Source of the DNA: an uncultured Gammaproteobacteria bacterium
Lineage (GTDB): Bacteria > Patescibacteriota > Patescibacteriia > CAIXNZ01
NCBI GenBank assembly: GCA_964531215.1
Contig: CAZHFK010000004.1
Location: 1-34,550, forward strand
Reading direction: 5' to 3'
Length of the DNA stretch: 34,550 nucleotides
Part shown: positions 8,109 to 17,415 of the stretch, piece after piece
How positions within the stretch are numbered: position 1 is the stretch's first letter
Layout of the letters: each line of letters starts with the position of its first letter
Notes under the pieces: generated by a model
What the model was told of the DNA's origin: nothing
The model's database searches: none
The model's input: the letters and a program-made list of their open reading frames with translations, nothing else
Translations under genes and position numbers: made by a program

Positions 8109-9380
8109 TTATTCTTGATTATCCATTAAAACTTCTAGAGCTTTATCCATTTGCGGATCCAAATCTTGATTAAAATCTTCAACTGTTAATTCCACTTCTA
8201 TATCCGGCTCTACACCGTCGCCTTCAATTGTATTTTCATTGGGTGTTAGCCATTCAGCTACTGTTAATTTAATTGAAGAGCCGTCTTTTAAAGGAAATAA
8301 TGTCTGCACAGAACCTTTACCAAAAGTGGTTTCACCAATTAACGTTGCCAAACCATAATCTTTTAAAGCACCGGCTACAATCTCCGAACCGGAAGCACTG
8401 CCTTCGTTAATTAAAACTACCGTAGGAAAATCCTTAAGCCTGGCGCGACCATTAACCTTATGGGGTTTTAATTTTCCATCGGCTGATTTTTCATAAACAA
8501 CTACCTTATCCTCCACCCATTCAGCAGCGACATTAATTGCCGTATCTAAAAATCCACCCGGATTATTGCGTAAATCCAAAATAATACCACGAGGATTTTT
8601 ACTGATACTTTCCAAAACCGCCTGATTAAAATCATCTTTCGTATCTTCATTAAAATAACGAATTTCCAAATGAACTATATTATTTTCTAATAATTCCCAT
8701 TTAACACTTTGAATATCAATAGTTTGCCTGGTAATCTTAATTTCCTTGAAATCATCCAAACTATCGCGACCGATTGTCAAAAAAACATCGGTACCTTTAT
8801 GGCCTCTGATTTTTTTAACGGCATAATCCAAACTAATCCCGGTCGTATCCATACCGTCAATGGCAAACACTTTATCACCACTTCGCAATCCGGCTTTTTG
8901 GGCCGGCGAATCAGGTAAAGGCGCGACAATGGTTAAACGATCATTTTTTATAGCTATTTCAGCGCCAATCCCTTCAAAAGTACCGGCTAATTCGTCATTA
9001 AAATCTTTAGTTGTTTCCGGATCAAAAAATACCGAATGAGGATCAGCCAACGAAGCCACGCTGCCCGCCATTGAACCGTATAATAATTCTGTTTCATTGA
9101 CCGGTTGATGGACATAATTATCTTCAATAATCTCCCAAACATCCCAAAAAAGTTCAAAATTAAGATCTTTTGATAAAAATTCCGGTTTTCCTCCTTTATT
9201 ATAAACTGAACCATGCTCATCATTTTTATAAACTATTTCTGGTTCACTGGTCTGGCGACCAATTAAAATTCCTAGAATAAAAACAATAAAAACAATCAAT
9301 AAAATAGCGTACTGCTTTACAAACTGTTTAAAAACACTATCCGATTGATTTTTTGATTTAAATAATCTTGGTTTAGGCAT
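8109..9380 (-). CDS. ctpA: S41 family C-terminal processing peptidase
   Basis: N-terminal TM, PDZ (FEGIGAEI), LDLRNNPGG, SASGSEI, TFGKGSVQ. Confidence 0.93.
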   Translation of the reverse strand: MPKPRLFKSKNQSDSVFKQFVKQYAILLIVFIVFILGILIGRQTSEPEIVYKNDEHGSVYNKGGKPEFLSKDLNFELFWDVWEIIEDNYVHQPVNETELLYGSMAGSVASLADPHSVFFDPETTKDFNDELAGTFEGIGAEIAIKNDRLTIVAPLPDSPAQKAGLRSGDKVFAIDGMDTTGISLDYAVKKIRGHKGTDVFLTIGRDSLDDFKEIKITRQTIDIQSVKWELLENNIVHLEIRYFNEDTKDDFNQAVLESISKNPRGIILDLRNNPGGFLDTAINVAAEWVEDKVVVYEKSADGKLKPHKVNGRARLKDFPTVVLINEGSASGSEIVAGALKDYGLATLIGETTFGKGSVQTLFPLKDGSSIKLTVAEWLTPNENTIEGDGVEPDIEVELTVEDFNQDLDPQMDKALEVLMDNQE

Positions 9381-9444
9381 AAAATAAGTTAAAAATTATA
9401 TCTATATTTTAACAAAATAAAATTAATCTGGCAAAATTTAAGAC

Positions 9445-9473
9445 TTGATTATTTTTCTAAAATCTACTAAAAT
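9445..9473 (+). promoter_or_regulatory. sigma70-type promoter for murA
   Basis: TTGATT-17 bp-TAAAAT. Confidence 0.55.
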
Positions 9474-9496
9474 AAAAACATAAATTTTATAAAATT

Positions 9497-10753
9497 ATGG
9501 AAAAATATATTATTAATGGCAATAATCAGCTATCAGGTGAAATCAAAGTTGCCGGTGCGAAAAATTTAGCTCTAAAAATATTTCCGGCAACAATTTTATC
9601 AGAACAAACTTGCCTAATAAAAAATGTACCGGAAATCGAAGACACGCTCCGTCTTTCGGAAATCATGGAAGATTTAGGTGTTAAGATTAAAAAAAATAAT
9701 CCCGGTCAATATACCGTTGAAACTAAAGATATTACCAAAACAGAATTAAATAATGAATTGGTTAAAAAATTACGCGCCTCAATTATGCTGGCCGGACCTA
9801 TGCTGGCTCGCTTTGGCCGGGTTACCTTGGCTCATCCGGGTGGCTGTATAATCGGCAAAAGGCCGATTGATCTTTTTCTTGAAGGGTTTCAAAAGCTAGG
9901 TGCTCAAATGATTGATAATGGCGAAACTTATACTTTAAAAGCTGATAAATTACTCGGTAATAAAATCATCCTGCCCCAAGTCAGTGTCACTGTTACTGAA
10001 AATTTAATGATGGCTGCGACTTTGGCTCAAGGCACCACTCAAATCAAAAATGCTGCCATGGAACCCGAAATTAAAGCTTTGGCTGATTATTTAAACCAAC
10101 AAGGCGCCCAAATTACAGGTGCCGGTACTCCGGAAATAACTATTGAAGGCGTTGAAAAATTAAATGCCGGCGAATTTGAAATTATTCCTGACCGTATAGA
10201 AACAGGCACTTTTACTATTTTAGGCTTAATTACCAATAGCAATATTAAAATAACCGATTGCCAGCCCGAACATATTGAAAATCTGCTTTATTCTCTAAAA
10301 AAAGCCAATGCTCAATTGGAAATCGGCACTGACTATATTATTACAAAACCCTCAAAATTAACCTCTACCAATATTATAACCCATGAATACCCCGGATTCC
10401 CCACTGATTTACAAGCACCGTTTACTGTTTTAATGACCCAGGCCAAAGGTTTAAGCCTGATTCATGAAACAATTTTTGACGGCCGGCTTTTTTATACTGA
10501 TATCCTCAACCAAATGGGGGCCAATATAATTATGTGTGATCCACACCGAGTAGTTGTCCAGGGCCCGACTCAATTATATGGCCGGAACGTAGTCAGTCCT
10601 GATTTAAGAGCCGGCATGGCTTTGGTTTTAGCTGCTTTATCCGCTAAAGGCACTTCTGTAATCGAAAACATTTATCAAATTAATCGCGGCTACGAAAATC
10701 TTATTGAAAGATTACAAAAACTTAGTGCCGATATTAAACAAATTAAACAATAA
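9497..10753 (+). CDS. murA: UDP-N-acetylglucosamine 1-carboxyvinyltransferase
   Basis: GAKN, LRASI, PGGCIIGKRPID, DRIETGT, YPGFPTDLQ, DLRAG. Confidence 0.98.
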   Translation: MEKYIINGNNQLSGEIKVAGAKNLALKIFPATILSEQTCLIKNVPEIEDTLRLSEIMEDLGVKIKKNNPGQYTVETKDITKTELNNELVKKLRASIMLAGPMLARFGRVTLAHPGGCIIGKRPIDLFLEGFQKLGAQMIDNGETYTLKADKLLGNKIILPQVSVTVTENLMMAATLAQGTTQIKNAAMEPEIKALADYLNQQGAQITGAGTPEITIEGVEKLNAGEFEIIPDRIETGTFTILGLITNSNIKITDCQPEHIENLLYSLKKANAQLEIGTDYIITKPSKLTSTNIITHEYPGFPTDLQAPFTVLMTQAKGLSLIHETIFDGRLFYTDILNQMGANIIMCDPHRVVVQGPTQLYGRNVVSPDLRAGMALVLAALSAKGTSVIENIYQINRGYENLIERLQKLSADIKQIKQ

Positions 10754-10755
10754 TT

Positions 10756-12135
10756 ATGAATCTGAAACAAAGAAGAATCATCATGATCGGTTTTATCTTG
10801 GCTTTTTTTATTTTAGCGCCAATTTTAATTTTTTATGCTTCTGGTTATCGTTTTGATCTTAAAAGAAAAAAAGTTTTAAGAACCGGGACTTTAATGGTAG
10901 AAGCCAAAGATATTAAAGATGCTCAACTTTATATTAATGGCCAACTGCACGAAGAACCGTTTGATAAAAAAATATTCATTTATAATCTTTTACCCGGCGA
11001 ATATAATATTAAATTGGACAAAGAAGGCTATCATGCCTGGTCCAAAAAAATCATTATAAATAGCGGGCTAACCACTTTTGCCAAGGATATTATCCTCTTT
11101 CAAGATAATATCCCGTTACAAATTATTGACGGACAAATTAGTGATTTTAAAATTTCACCTGATTGGCAAAAAATTGTTTATATTATCCAAAAACAGCCCT
11201 TTTCAGAATTATATGTTTATGACCTAAATACAAAAAATAACACCTTACTTTATCGTGTTTCACAAATTGACAAAATGAAATTAAGCTGGGCAGCCAGCAG
11301 TAAAAAAATATTATTTAATTTTAATGACAATTATTTGGTTTTTGATGTTAATAATACAAATCAAGCCAAAGATTTAAAACAGCTACTTGATTTCCAGCCT
11401 CAAAAAATAAAATGGGACATCTCAAGCGACAATTTGCTTTATGCTAATAAGCAAAAATCCATTTGGCAGATTGATTTGGTCAGTCAAACCAGTCAGCTAT
11501 TATTTGAAACGGAAAAAAATATAAATTTTGAATTTTTTATTGAATCAAATGATATTTTTTATATTCAGCGAGAAGATAATCGTGATATTTTGTTTAAATA
11601 TAATTTAAATTCTAACACCACTAAAAAAATTACCGGACTTAACAGGTCTGATAATTATGAATTTATTGCCAGTAGTAATAATTTCATTGGTTTACTGGAT
11701 TTGGATTTGCAAAAATTATTTTTAATTCAAAAAGTTATATCTGACTTGGAAACCAATATCAGCAGCCAAGACCCGATTCAAGAATTTGATGCCAAAAATG
11801 CCATATGGGATCCCAGGGAAAAACAACTTCTAATTTATAATGATTTTGAAATTACCACTTATAATGCCAAAACAAACGAAAAAACATTTATCAACCGTTA
11901 CGGGCAAGAAATAAAGAAAGCTGACTGGTATCCAAACTTGAATTACATAGTAATTTTATTTGAAACTAAAACAGAAATAATTGACTTGATTTTAGGTAAT
12001 GGTGTGAGAAATTCCATACAATTAGTCGAATTTGATGACCTTAATGATTTTTATCTGGACAAAAAAGGGGAAAATATTTATTTTAACGGCCAAATCGGCA
12101 AACAGCAAGGAATTTATCGTTTGGAAATAAAATAA
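10756..12135 (+). CDS. Membrane-anchored PEGA-domain / beta-propeller-like protein
   Basis: N-terminal TM, YASGYRF, LLPGEYNIKLDKEGYHAWSK (PEGA-like), repeated SPD/W-S motifs. Confidence 0.75.
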   Translation: MNLKQRRIIMIGFILAFFILAPILIFYASGYRFDLKRKKVLRTGTLMVEAKDIKDAQLYINGQLHEEPFDKKIFIYNLLPGEYNIKLDKEGYHAWSKKIIINSGLTTFAKDIILFQDNIPLQIIDGQISDFKISPDWQKIVYIIQKQPFSELYVYDLNTKNNTLLYRVSQIDKMKLSWAASSKKILFNFNDNYLVFDVNNTNQAKDLKQLLDFQPQKIKWDISSDNLLYANKQKSIWQIDLVSQTSQLLFETEKNINFEFFIESNDIFYIQREDNRDILFKYNLNSNTTKKITGLNRSDNYEFIASSNNFIGLLDLDLQKLFLIQKVISDLETNISSQDPIQEFDAKNAIWDPREKQLLIYNDFEITTYNAKTNEKTFINRYGQEIKKADWYPNLNYIVILFETKTEIIDLILGNGVRNSIQLVEFDDLNDFYLDKKGENIYFNGQIGKQQGIYRLEIK

Positions 12136-12142
12136 TATAAGT

Positions 12143-12176
12143 AATAAAAAATCGCTTCAATAAGCGATTTTTTATT
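12143..12176. terminator. Bidirectional intrinsic terminator
   Basis: aataaaaaatcgctt-caat-aagcgattttttatt, perfect 15-bp stem. Confidence 0.88.
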
Positions 12177-12193
12177 TTATTTAATTTTATATC

Positions 12194-12916
12194 TTAAATA
12201 TTTTGTTTTTGCGCCATTTTTAAATTAGCTTGTAATAAAATTGAAAAAGTATCAAGATCAAACCAATCTTTTTTCAAAATATTATAGCCTAATTGATTTC
12301 TTTTCAAATAATAATTATTAACATCAGTAATTTCCAGTTCACCTCGAAAAGACGGCTGTAAATCATCGATAATTTGCCAAATTTGATTATCATACAGATA
12401 TAAACCGGTAACAGCCAGATTTGACTGAGGTGAAACCGGTTTTTCTTCAAAATCAATTATTTTATTATCTTTAATAACCGCTATATCGAATTTTTCCGGC
12501 TGATCCACTTCTTTAAGAAAAATCCTGGCACCTTGATTTTGCTTTTCAAAGTTTGAAATTATTTCAGTAATATCATCTTCTATAATATTATCGCCCAGAA
12601 CAGCCACAATTTTCTCGCCTTTGGTTAATTTTTTACAAGTTCGCAAAGCATCAGCAATACCAGCGGCTTGTTTTTGCACTACAAAATTAAAATTAATATT
12701 GACAAATTGACCATTACTGGTTAAAAGCTGTTTAAAAGAATCCAAATGCTCTTTACCGGAAACAATAATAATATCTTTCAAACCGGCTTTAATTAAACTA
12801 TTTAAAGGATAATAAATCATTGGTTTATTATAAACCAATAATAAATGTTTATTAACTACTTTGGTAACCGGATAAAGCCTGGTACCGGCTCCCCCGGCTA
12901 AAATTATTCCTTTCAT
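12194..12916 (-). CDS. Sugar-phosphate nucleotidyltransferase, RmlA/SpsI-like paralog (divergent)
   Basis: GIILAGGAGTRLYP, LGDN, EEKP, RGELEITD; several motif substitutions. Confidence 0.88.
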   Translation of the reverse strand: MKGIILAGGAGTRLYPVTKVVNKHLLLVYNKPMIYYPLNSLIKAGLKDIIIVSGKEHLDSFKQLLTSNGQFVNINFNFVVQKQAAGIADALRTCKKLTKGEKIVAVLGDNIIEDDITEIISNFEKQNQGARIFLKEVDQPEKFDIAVIKDNKIIDFEEKPVSPQSNLAVTGLYLYDNQIWQIIDDLQPSFRGELEITDVNNYYLKRNQLGYNILKKDWFDLDTFSILLQANLKMAQKQNI

Positions 12917-12935
12917 AATAATAAAAAAACTGTTT

Positions 12936-13661
12936 TTAGATAATTAATTTATCCTGAAGTTTATTTTTAGCTAAATTTTGCGCCTCCAAGAGACTGTCAA
13001 ACGTACCCGCATCAATCCAATCACCTTTAACCATGGCCACGTCTAATTCGCCTTTTTGCAAATACCAGTTTTGAATATCAGTTATTTCCAACTCACCTCT
13101 ATCACTCGGTTGTAAATTTTTAGCGGCTTGAACAACACGCCGATCAAAAATATAAAGCCCGGTTAAAGCATAATCACTCATCCATTCCTGTGGTTTTTCC
13201 TTGATTTCAACTGCTTTCATATTTTCATTAAATTTTACTACACCAAATCTTTCCGGATCATGAACTTTTTTAACAAAAACTTTACCACCCTTTTGAAAAT
13301 TTTTAATCTCATCTGTAAAATCGTCTTCAAAAATATTATCACCCAAAATCATGGTCACATCTTCTTCATCAATAAAATTTTCACCAATAATAAAAGCTTC
13401 GGCCAAACCGCCTGGCTTATCCTGGATCTCATAAGTAAATTTGACACCGAATTCTTTCCCACTCCCCAGTAAATTCAAATAATCCCCGGCGCGCTCAGGT
13501 GAAACAATAATTAAAATTTCCTTAATACCGGCCTTAATTAAAGTATTTAAAGGATAATAAATCATCGGTCTATTATAAACCGGCAATAATTGTTTGCTTG
13601 TTACTTTGGTGCAAGGTCGCAGTCTGGTAGCAGCACCTCCTGATAAAATAATTCCTCTCAT
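12936..13661 (-). CDS. rmlA: Glucose-1-phosphate thymidylyltransferase (short form)
   Basis: GIILSGGAATRLRP, SKQLLPVY, LGDNIF, PERFGV, RGELEITD, WIDAGT. Confidence 0.9.
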   Translation of the reverse strand: MRGIILSGGAATRLRPCTKVTSKQLLPVYNRPMIYYPLNTLIKAGIKEILIIVSPERAGDYLNLLGSGKEFGVKFTYEIQDKPGGLAEAFIIGENFIDEEDVTMILGDNIFEDDFTDEIKNFQKGGKVFVKKVHDPERFGVVKFNENMKAVEIKEKPQEWMSDYALTGLYIFDRRVVQAAKNLQPSDRGELEITDIQNWYLQKGELDVAMVKGDWIDAGTFDSLLEAQNLAKNKLQDKLII

Positions 13662-13663
13662 AA

Positions 13664-13730
13664 ATTTGGCTTATAGCTTATAGCAAATAGCCAATAGTAT
13701 CAACTATTAACCATATGCCATTAGCTATTT
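13664..13730. repeat. Inverted array of degenerate heptamers (NNATRGC)
   Basis: atttggc ttatagc ttatagc aaatagc caatagt / actatta accatat gccatta gctattt. Confidence 0.65.
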
Positions 13731-14567
13731 ATCATTTGCCAAATACTCAGCTAATGCTTCTTGCCAATTCCTTAATTGCGGTAGTTTAGTATTTATTAAA
13801 GCTGAATAAGCCGGACGCTGGGCCGGTCGAGGAAATTCTTTTGTTGAGCAAGGCTGTAAATCAATTTTAATTTCAGCCAATTCAAAAATTTTCTGAGCAA
13901 AATCATGCCAAGAAATCCCGCCGGTTTTTGTTTCATTTGTTACATGATAACTGCCAAAATCCAAATTATTATCTAAAATATATCTAATTTGCTCAGCCAA
14001 GTCAATTGTCCGGGTCGGTTTGCCAAACTGATCATTAACTACTTTTAAACTATCTTTTTCCTGAGCTAATTTTAACATGGTTTCTACAAAATTATTACCT
14101 TTTTTACCATACAGCCAAGAAGTCCGAATTAAATAATAGTTATCGGCTTTTTCCTTTAAAAACAACTCGCCTTTTAATTTTGACCGGCCATAAATATTTA
14201 AAGGATCAATTGCCTGAGAATCTTCAGTATAGCCTTGTTTATTCTGACCATTAAAAACATAATCAGTGGAAATATGCATTAAAGTCGTGTCCATTTCTTT
14301 TGTTATTTCTGCCAAATAACCGACTGCCAAACCATTAACTTGCATGGCCAAATCCTGATTTGTTTCACAGCCGTCAACATCAGTATAAGCAGCGCAATTA
14401 ATAATAATATCCGGTTTTAAATTTTTAATTTTAGAATTAACCTGATTTTGATCAGTAATATCTATTTCCGGCTGGTCCCATAAAATCAAATTAAAATCAG
14501 CCAAGATTGTGCGTAAATCCTGGCCTAACATACCCTGGGCACCTAAAATTAAAATTTTTTTATTCAT
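13725..14567 (-). CDS. rmlD: dTDP-4-dehydrorhamnose reductase (start revised to MNKKILILG)
   Basis: GAQGMLG, NCAAYTDVDGCE, HISTDYVF, YGRSK, PAQRP. Confidence 0.95.
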   Translation of the reverse strand: MNKKILILGAQGMLGQDLRTILADFNLILWDQPEIDITDQNQVNSKIKNLKPDIIINCAAYTDVDGCETNQDLAMQVNGLAVGYLAEITKEMDTTLMHISTDYVFNGQNKQGYTEDSQAIDPLNIYGRSKLKGELFLKEKADNYYLIRTSWLYGKKGNNFVETMLKLAQEKDSLKVVNDQFGKPTRTIDLAEQIRYILDNNLDFGSYHVTNETKTGGISWHDFAQKIFELAEIKIDLQPCSTKEFPRPAQRPAYSALINTKLPQLRNWQEALAEYLANDK

Positions 14568-14607
14568 ATATTGTATTTTAAAATAAACTTTAAATTTAAG
14601 CAAATCA

Positions 14608-14659
14608 AAAGCCCTTTGTTTTTCCATTGTTTATGATACAATGTTTAACAAAGGGCTTT
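14608..14659 (-). terminator. Long hairpin/terminator overlapping the stop of the upstream ORF
   Basis: aaagccctttgtt...aacaaagggcttt with inner cattgt/acaatg stem. Confidence 0.6.
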
Positions 14660-15085
14660 AATAAAGGCTTCAACACTGAAAGGATCTTCTCCGTCATCTT
14701 CCTCATTAGAAGAATGAGCCATTCGTTCCTTAACATTAAGGACGATTTGCAGGTTGATGATCGAAGACCAATCATACTGAGGAAAAGATTGCTGCGCTTC
14801 CAAGGCATAAATCCGAGCAAAAAGGATAATCTCCTTTTGCCGAGACAGATTTGCCTCTTCTTCGTAGAGTTTGGCCAAAATACCATTGACTATTGGCAGT
14901 TTAGCCGGATCCTGATTCAGCAGCCAATTAACTACGTCCGTAAAAGACTGTTGCTCTCTTCTTAAAGAAAAATCGGCAACAAGCTCTTCAAACTTAGACT
15001 CGTCAAATTTGTTGTTTAGCTGCTTGATATTGTTGATAAAGTACTGCTCTTCAAACTCGTCACTAAATATGTGTGCCAATTTCAT
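14645..15085 (-). CDS. Hypothetical protein (start 15085 ATG or 15079 TTG)
   Basis: AGGAGG SD upstream, own promoter, higher GC than flanks. Confidence 0.65.
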   Translation of the reverse strand: MKLAHIFSDEFEEQYFINNIKQLNNKFDESKFEELVADFSLRREQQSFTDVVNWLLNQDPAKLPIVNGILAKLYEEEANLSRQKEIILFARIYALEAQQSFPQYDWSSIINLQIVLNVKERMAHSSNEEDDGEDPFSVEAFIKALC

Positions 15086-15113
15086 CACCTCCTTTTTTGT
15101 TTTCTTATGTTTA

Positions 15114-15142
15114 AGAATATCGTAAAAACAACTTTTTGTCAA
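15114..15142 (-). promoter_or_regulatory. sigma70-type promoter (leftward)
   Basis: TTGACA-17 bp-TATTCT on minus strand. Confidence 0.65.
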
Positions 15143-15151
15143 CAAAAACTA

Positions 15152-15180
15152 TTGACATATTTTAAAAAAAATGATATAAT
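15152..15180 (+). promoter_or_regulatory. Consensus sigma70 promoter (rightward)
   Basis: TTGACA-17 bp-TATAAT with TGn extension. Confidence 0.85.
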
Positions 15181-15234
15181 TATATTATAAATACAATAAT
15201 TTTAATTAAATTTTTATTCTTAATTTTAATAAAT

Positions 15235-15846
15235 ATGAACTTTGAATCTATGCCAAACAATCAACCTCAAAATCCCTCTGACGAGGGCATTGAATTACCG
15301 CCAGAAGCCTTATCTGGCGAACCCGGTGATAAAATACCGGGTCTGGAAACTGAAGAAACAAAAGAAAGTGTAACCGGAGAAACAATGGAAGCTATGCAAA
15401 AATTCATTAACTGGGAAAAAGACATTGAAGAATTATCGCCAGAAGATATGCCTGAATTTATCAGCAAACTAGGCCAAGAAATGCAAAATGATAAATTGCT
15501 TAAAACCTATCCGGATCTCAGATTTAAGTATCTGGATGTTAGAGCTAAAGCTTTGCAAAAAGCCGGTCATCTTACTTTGGATATATTAAGCAAACCAGAC
15601 GAAAAGCCAATTGATAATGTTTTAAGAGAAATGAAAAAAGCCAAAGAAGCTAAAAGCGAAAAAGTTAAAAAATATATTTATGAAAAAAATGATGATGATT
15701 TAAATGCTATCATTAATAGTTACAAAGAACAATTAGCCAGTCCCGATATTTTAGCGGCTCAAAAAGAAAAAATCCAAAGTGATTTAAAAGATGCCCAAGA
15801 ATTAAAAGATACTGTTGAACAATTAAAAAATAACACGATACAATAA
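15235..15846 (+). CDS. Hypothetical acidic/helical protein
   Basis: 203-aa ORF downstream of a consensus promoter. Confidence 0.75.
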   Translation: MNFESMPNNQPQNPSDEGIELPPEALSGEPGDKIPGLETEETKESVTGETMEAMQKFINWEKDIEELSPEDMPEFISKLGQEMQNDKLLKTYPDLRFKYLDVRAKALQKAGHLTLDILSKPDEKPIDNVLREMKKAKEAKSEKVKKYIYEKNDDDLNAIINSYKEQLASPDILAAQKEKIQSDLKDAQELKDTVEQLKNNTIQ

Positions 15847-15880
15847 AAAAGAAGAGATCCATCAAAGGGTCTCTTTTTTT
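15845..15880. terminator. Probable bidirectional terminator
   Basis: aagagatcc-atcaaa-gggtctctt with A/T tracts between convergent genes. Confidence 0.6.
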
Positions 15881-16362
15881 ATTTCTGATTTTTTATGTTT
15901 TAATTTACGCAGTTTCTCGTGATGATAATATAAATACAATAACCAAGTTGCAATTATAATACCGATAGAATCAATTAAAACATCTTTATAATTACCCACT
16001 CTGCCCTGCACCAATGTCTGATGATATTCATCAGATATAGCATATAAAACAGCAAAAACAAAAGCCCAAAATAAATCCCAATAAACATACCTTTTTTCAG
16101 TATATTTAAGAATCCTAAAAATCAAAAAAGTCAAAACACCAAACTCAAAAATATGGGCAAATTTTCTAATAATCCAACCCCATTCATCGGTTGCGGATAA
16201 AAAAGTCAATGGTTGAGAAGACAAATAATAAATAGCCCCTGCCCAAATAATCAATAATAACCATTTTTCAAATTTTTGAAACTTTTTATTGGCTAAAATT
16301 AATTGCGCTTCTTCATGCTCAATTATCTTTTTAATTTTTGGCTTAATTTTTTCAAATTTCAT
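15862..16362 (-). CDS. VanZ family membrane protein
   Basis: IYYLSSQP, IRKFAHIFEFGVL, YAISDEYHQTLVQGR, DVLID. Confidence 0.9.
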   Translation of the reverse strand: MKFEKIKPKIKKIIEHEEAQLILANKKFQKFEKWLLLIIWAGAIYYLSSQPLTFLSATDEWGWIIRKFAHIFEFGVLTFLIFRILKYTEKRYVYWDLFWAFVFAVLYAISDEYHQTLVQGRVGNYKDVLIDSIGIIIATWLLYLYYHHEKLRKLKHKKSEIKKETL

Positions 16363-17369
16363 CGCTCTTGATATTGTTTTTTATAATATTCCTGGTATTG
16401 GCCTGATTTAACCCTTTGCCACCAGTCTTGATTATTTTTATACCAATCAATTGTTTCTTTTAAGCCGGTTTGGAAATCAATCTTAGGCTGCCAACCGAGC
16501 TCATTTTTTGCTTTTGTAAAATCAATTGAATAACGCAAATCATGGCCTGGTCGGTCTTTAACATATTCAATCATTTCTTCACCTTTATCCATTAATTTTA
16601 AAATTTTTTTAGTCAGCTCAATATTTGTCATTTGCCTATTCCCTCCCAGACAATAAGTTTCACCGATCTTTCCGTTTTTAATAATCAAATCAACTCCCTT
16701 ATTATGATCATCTACATGAATCCAATCCCTGATATTTTCCCCTTCTCCGTATATGGGAATTTTTTTATCCTCAATTAAATTAGTTACAAACAAAGGAATT
16801 AATTTTTCCGGAAACTGATACGGCCCGTAATTATTGGAGCAATTGGAAATTGTGATCGGTAAACCATGTGTATGGTAATAAGCCCTGACCAAATGATCAG
16901 CAGCGGCTTTACTGGCAGAATAAGGGCTTCTGGGATCATAAGGAGTCTTTTCAGTAAAAGCCGGCTGGTCAATAGTCAATTCGCCAAAAACTTCATCAGT
17001 GGAAATATGGTGGAACCTCTTATGGCCATTATTTTTGGCTGAATCTAAAAGCACTCTGGTTCCCTCAACATTTGTTCTGATAAAATCACTACTACCCATA
17101 ACTGACCTGTCAACGTGCGTTTCTGCAGCAAAATGGACAATTAAATCTATATCCTGACTAACCAAATCATTAACCAAATCAAAATCACAAATATCGCCTT
17201 TAATAAATTTATAATTATTTTTATTCTCAATATCTTTTAAATTTTCCAAATTACCGGCATAAGTTAATTTATCCAAATTAACAATAAAATCATCCGGATA
17301 ATTTTTTAGCCAGTAATGAATAAAATTTGAGCCAATAAAACCGGCCCCGCCGGTAACTAATAATTTCAT
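16359..17369 (-). CDS. rmlB: dTDP-glucose 4,6-dehydratase
   Basis: VTGGAGFIGSNF, DKLTYAGN, AAETHVDRS, STDEVFG, YSASKA, DRPGHDLRY. Confidence 0.98.
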   Translation of the reverse strand: MKLLVTGGAGFIGSNFIHYWLKNYPDDFIVNLDKLTYAGNLENLKDIENKNNYKFIKGDICDFDLVNDLVSQDIDLIVHFAAETHVDRSVMGSSDFIRTNVEGTRVLLDSAKNNGHKRFHHISTDEVFGELTIDQPAFTEKTPYDPRSPYSASKAAADHLVRAYYHTHGLPITISNCSNNYGPYQFPEKLIPLFVTNLIEDKKIPIYGEGENIRDWIHVDDHNKGVDLIIKNGKIGETYCLGGNRQMTNIELTKKILKLMDKGEEMIEYVKDRPGHDLRYSIDFTKAKNELGWQPKIDFQTGLKETIDWYKNNQDWWQRVKSGQYQEYYKKQYQER

Positions 17370-17370
17370 A
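17321..17370. repeat. Direct repeat, left copy (first 16 codons of intact rmlB)
   Basis: 49/50 identical to 20353-20402. Confidence 0.95.
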
Positions 17371-17415
17371 AAATATTTTTTTATATATTTAATTTATCAG
17401 CTTTAATAAAATTAA

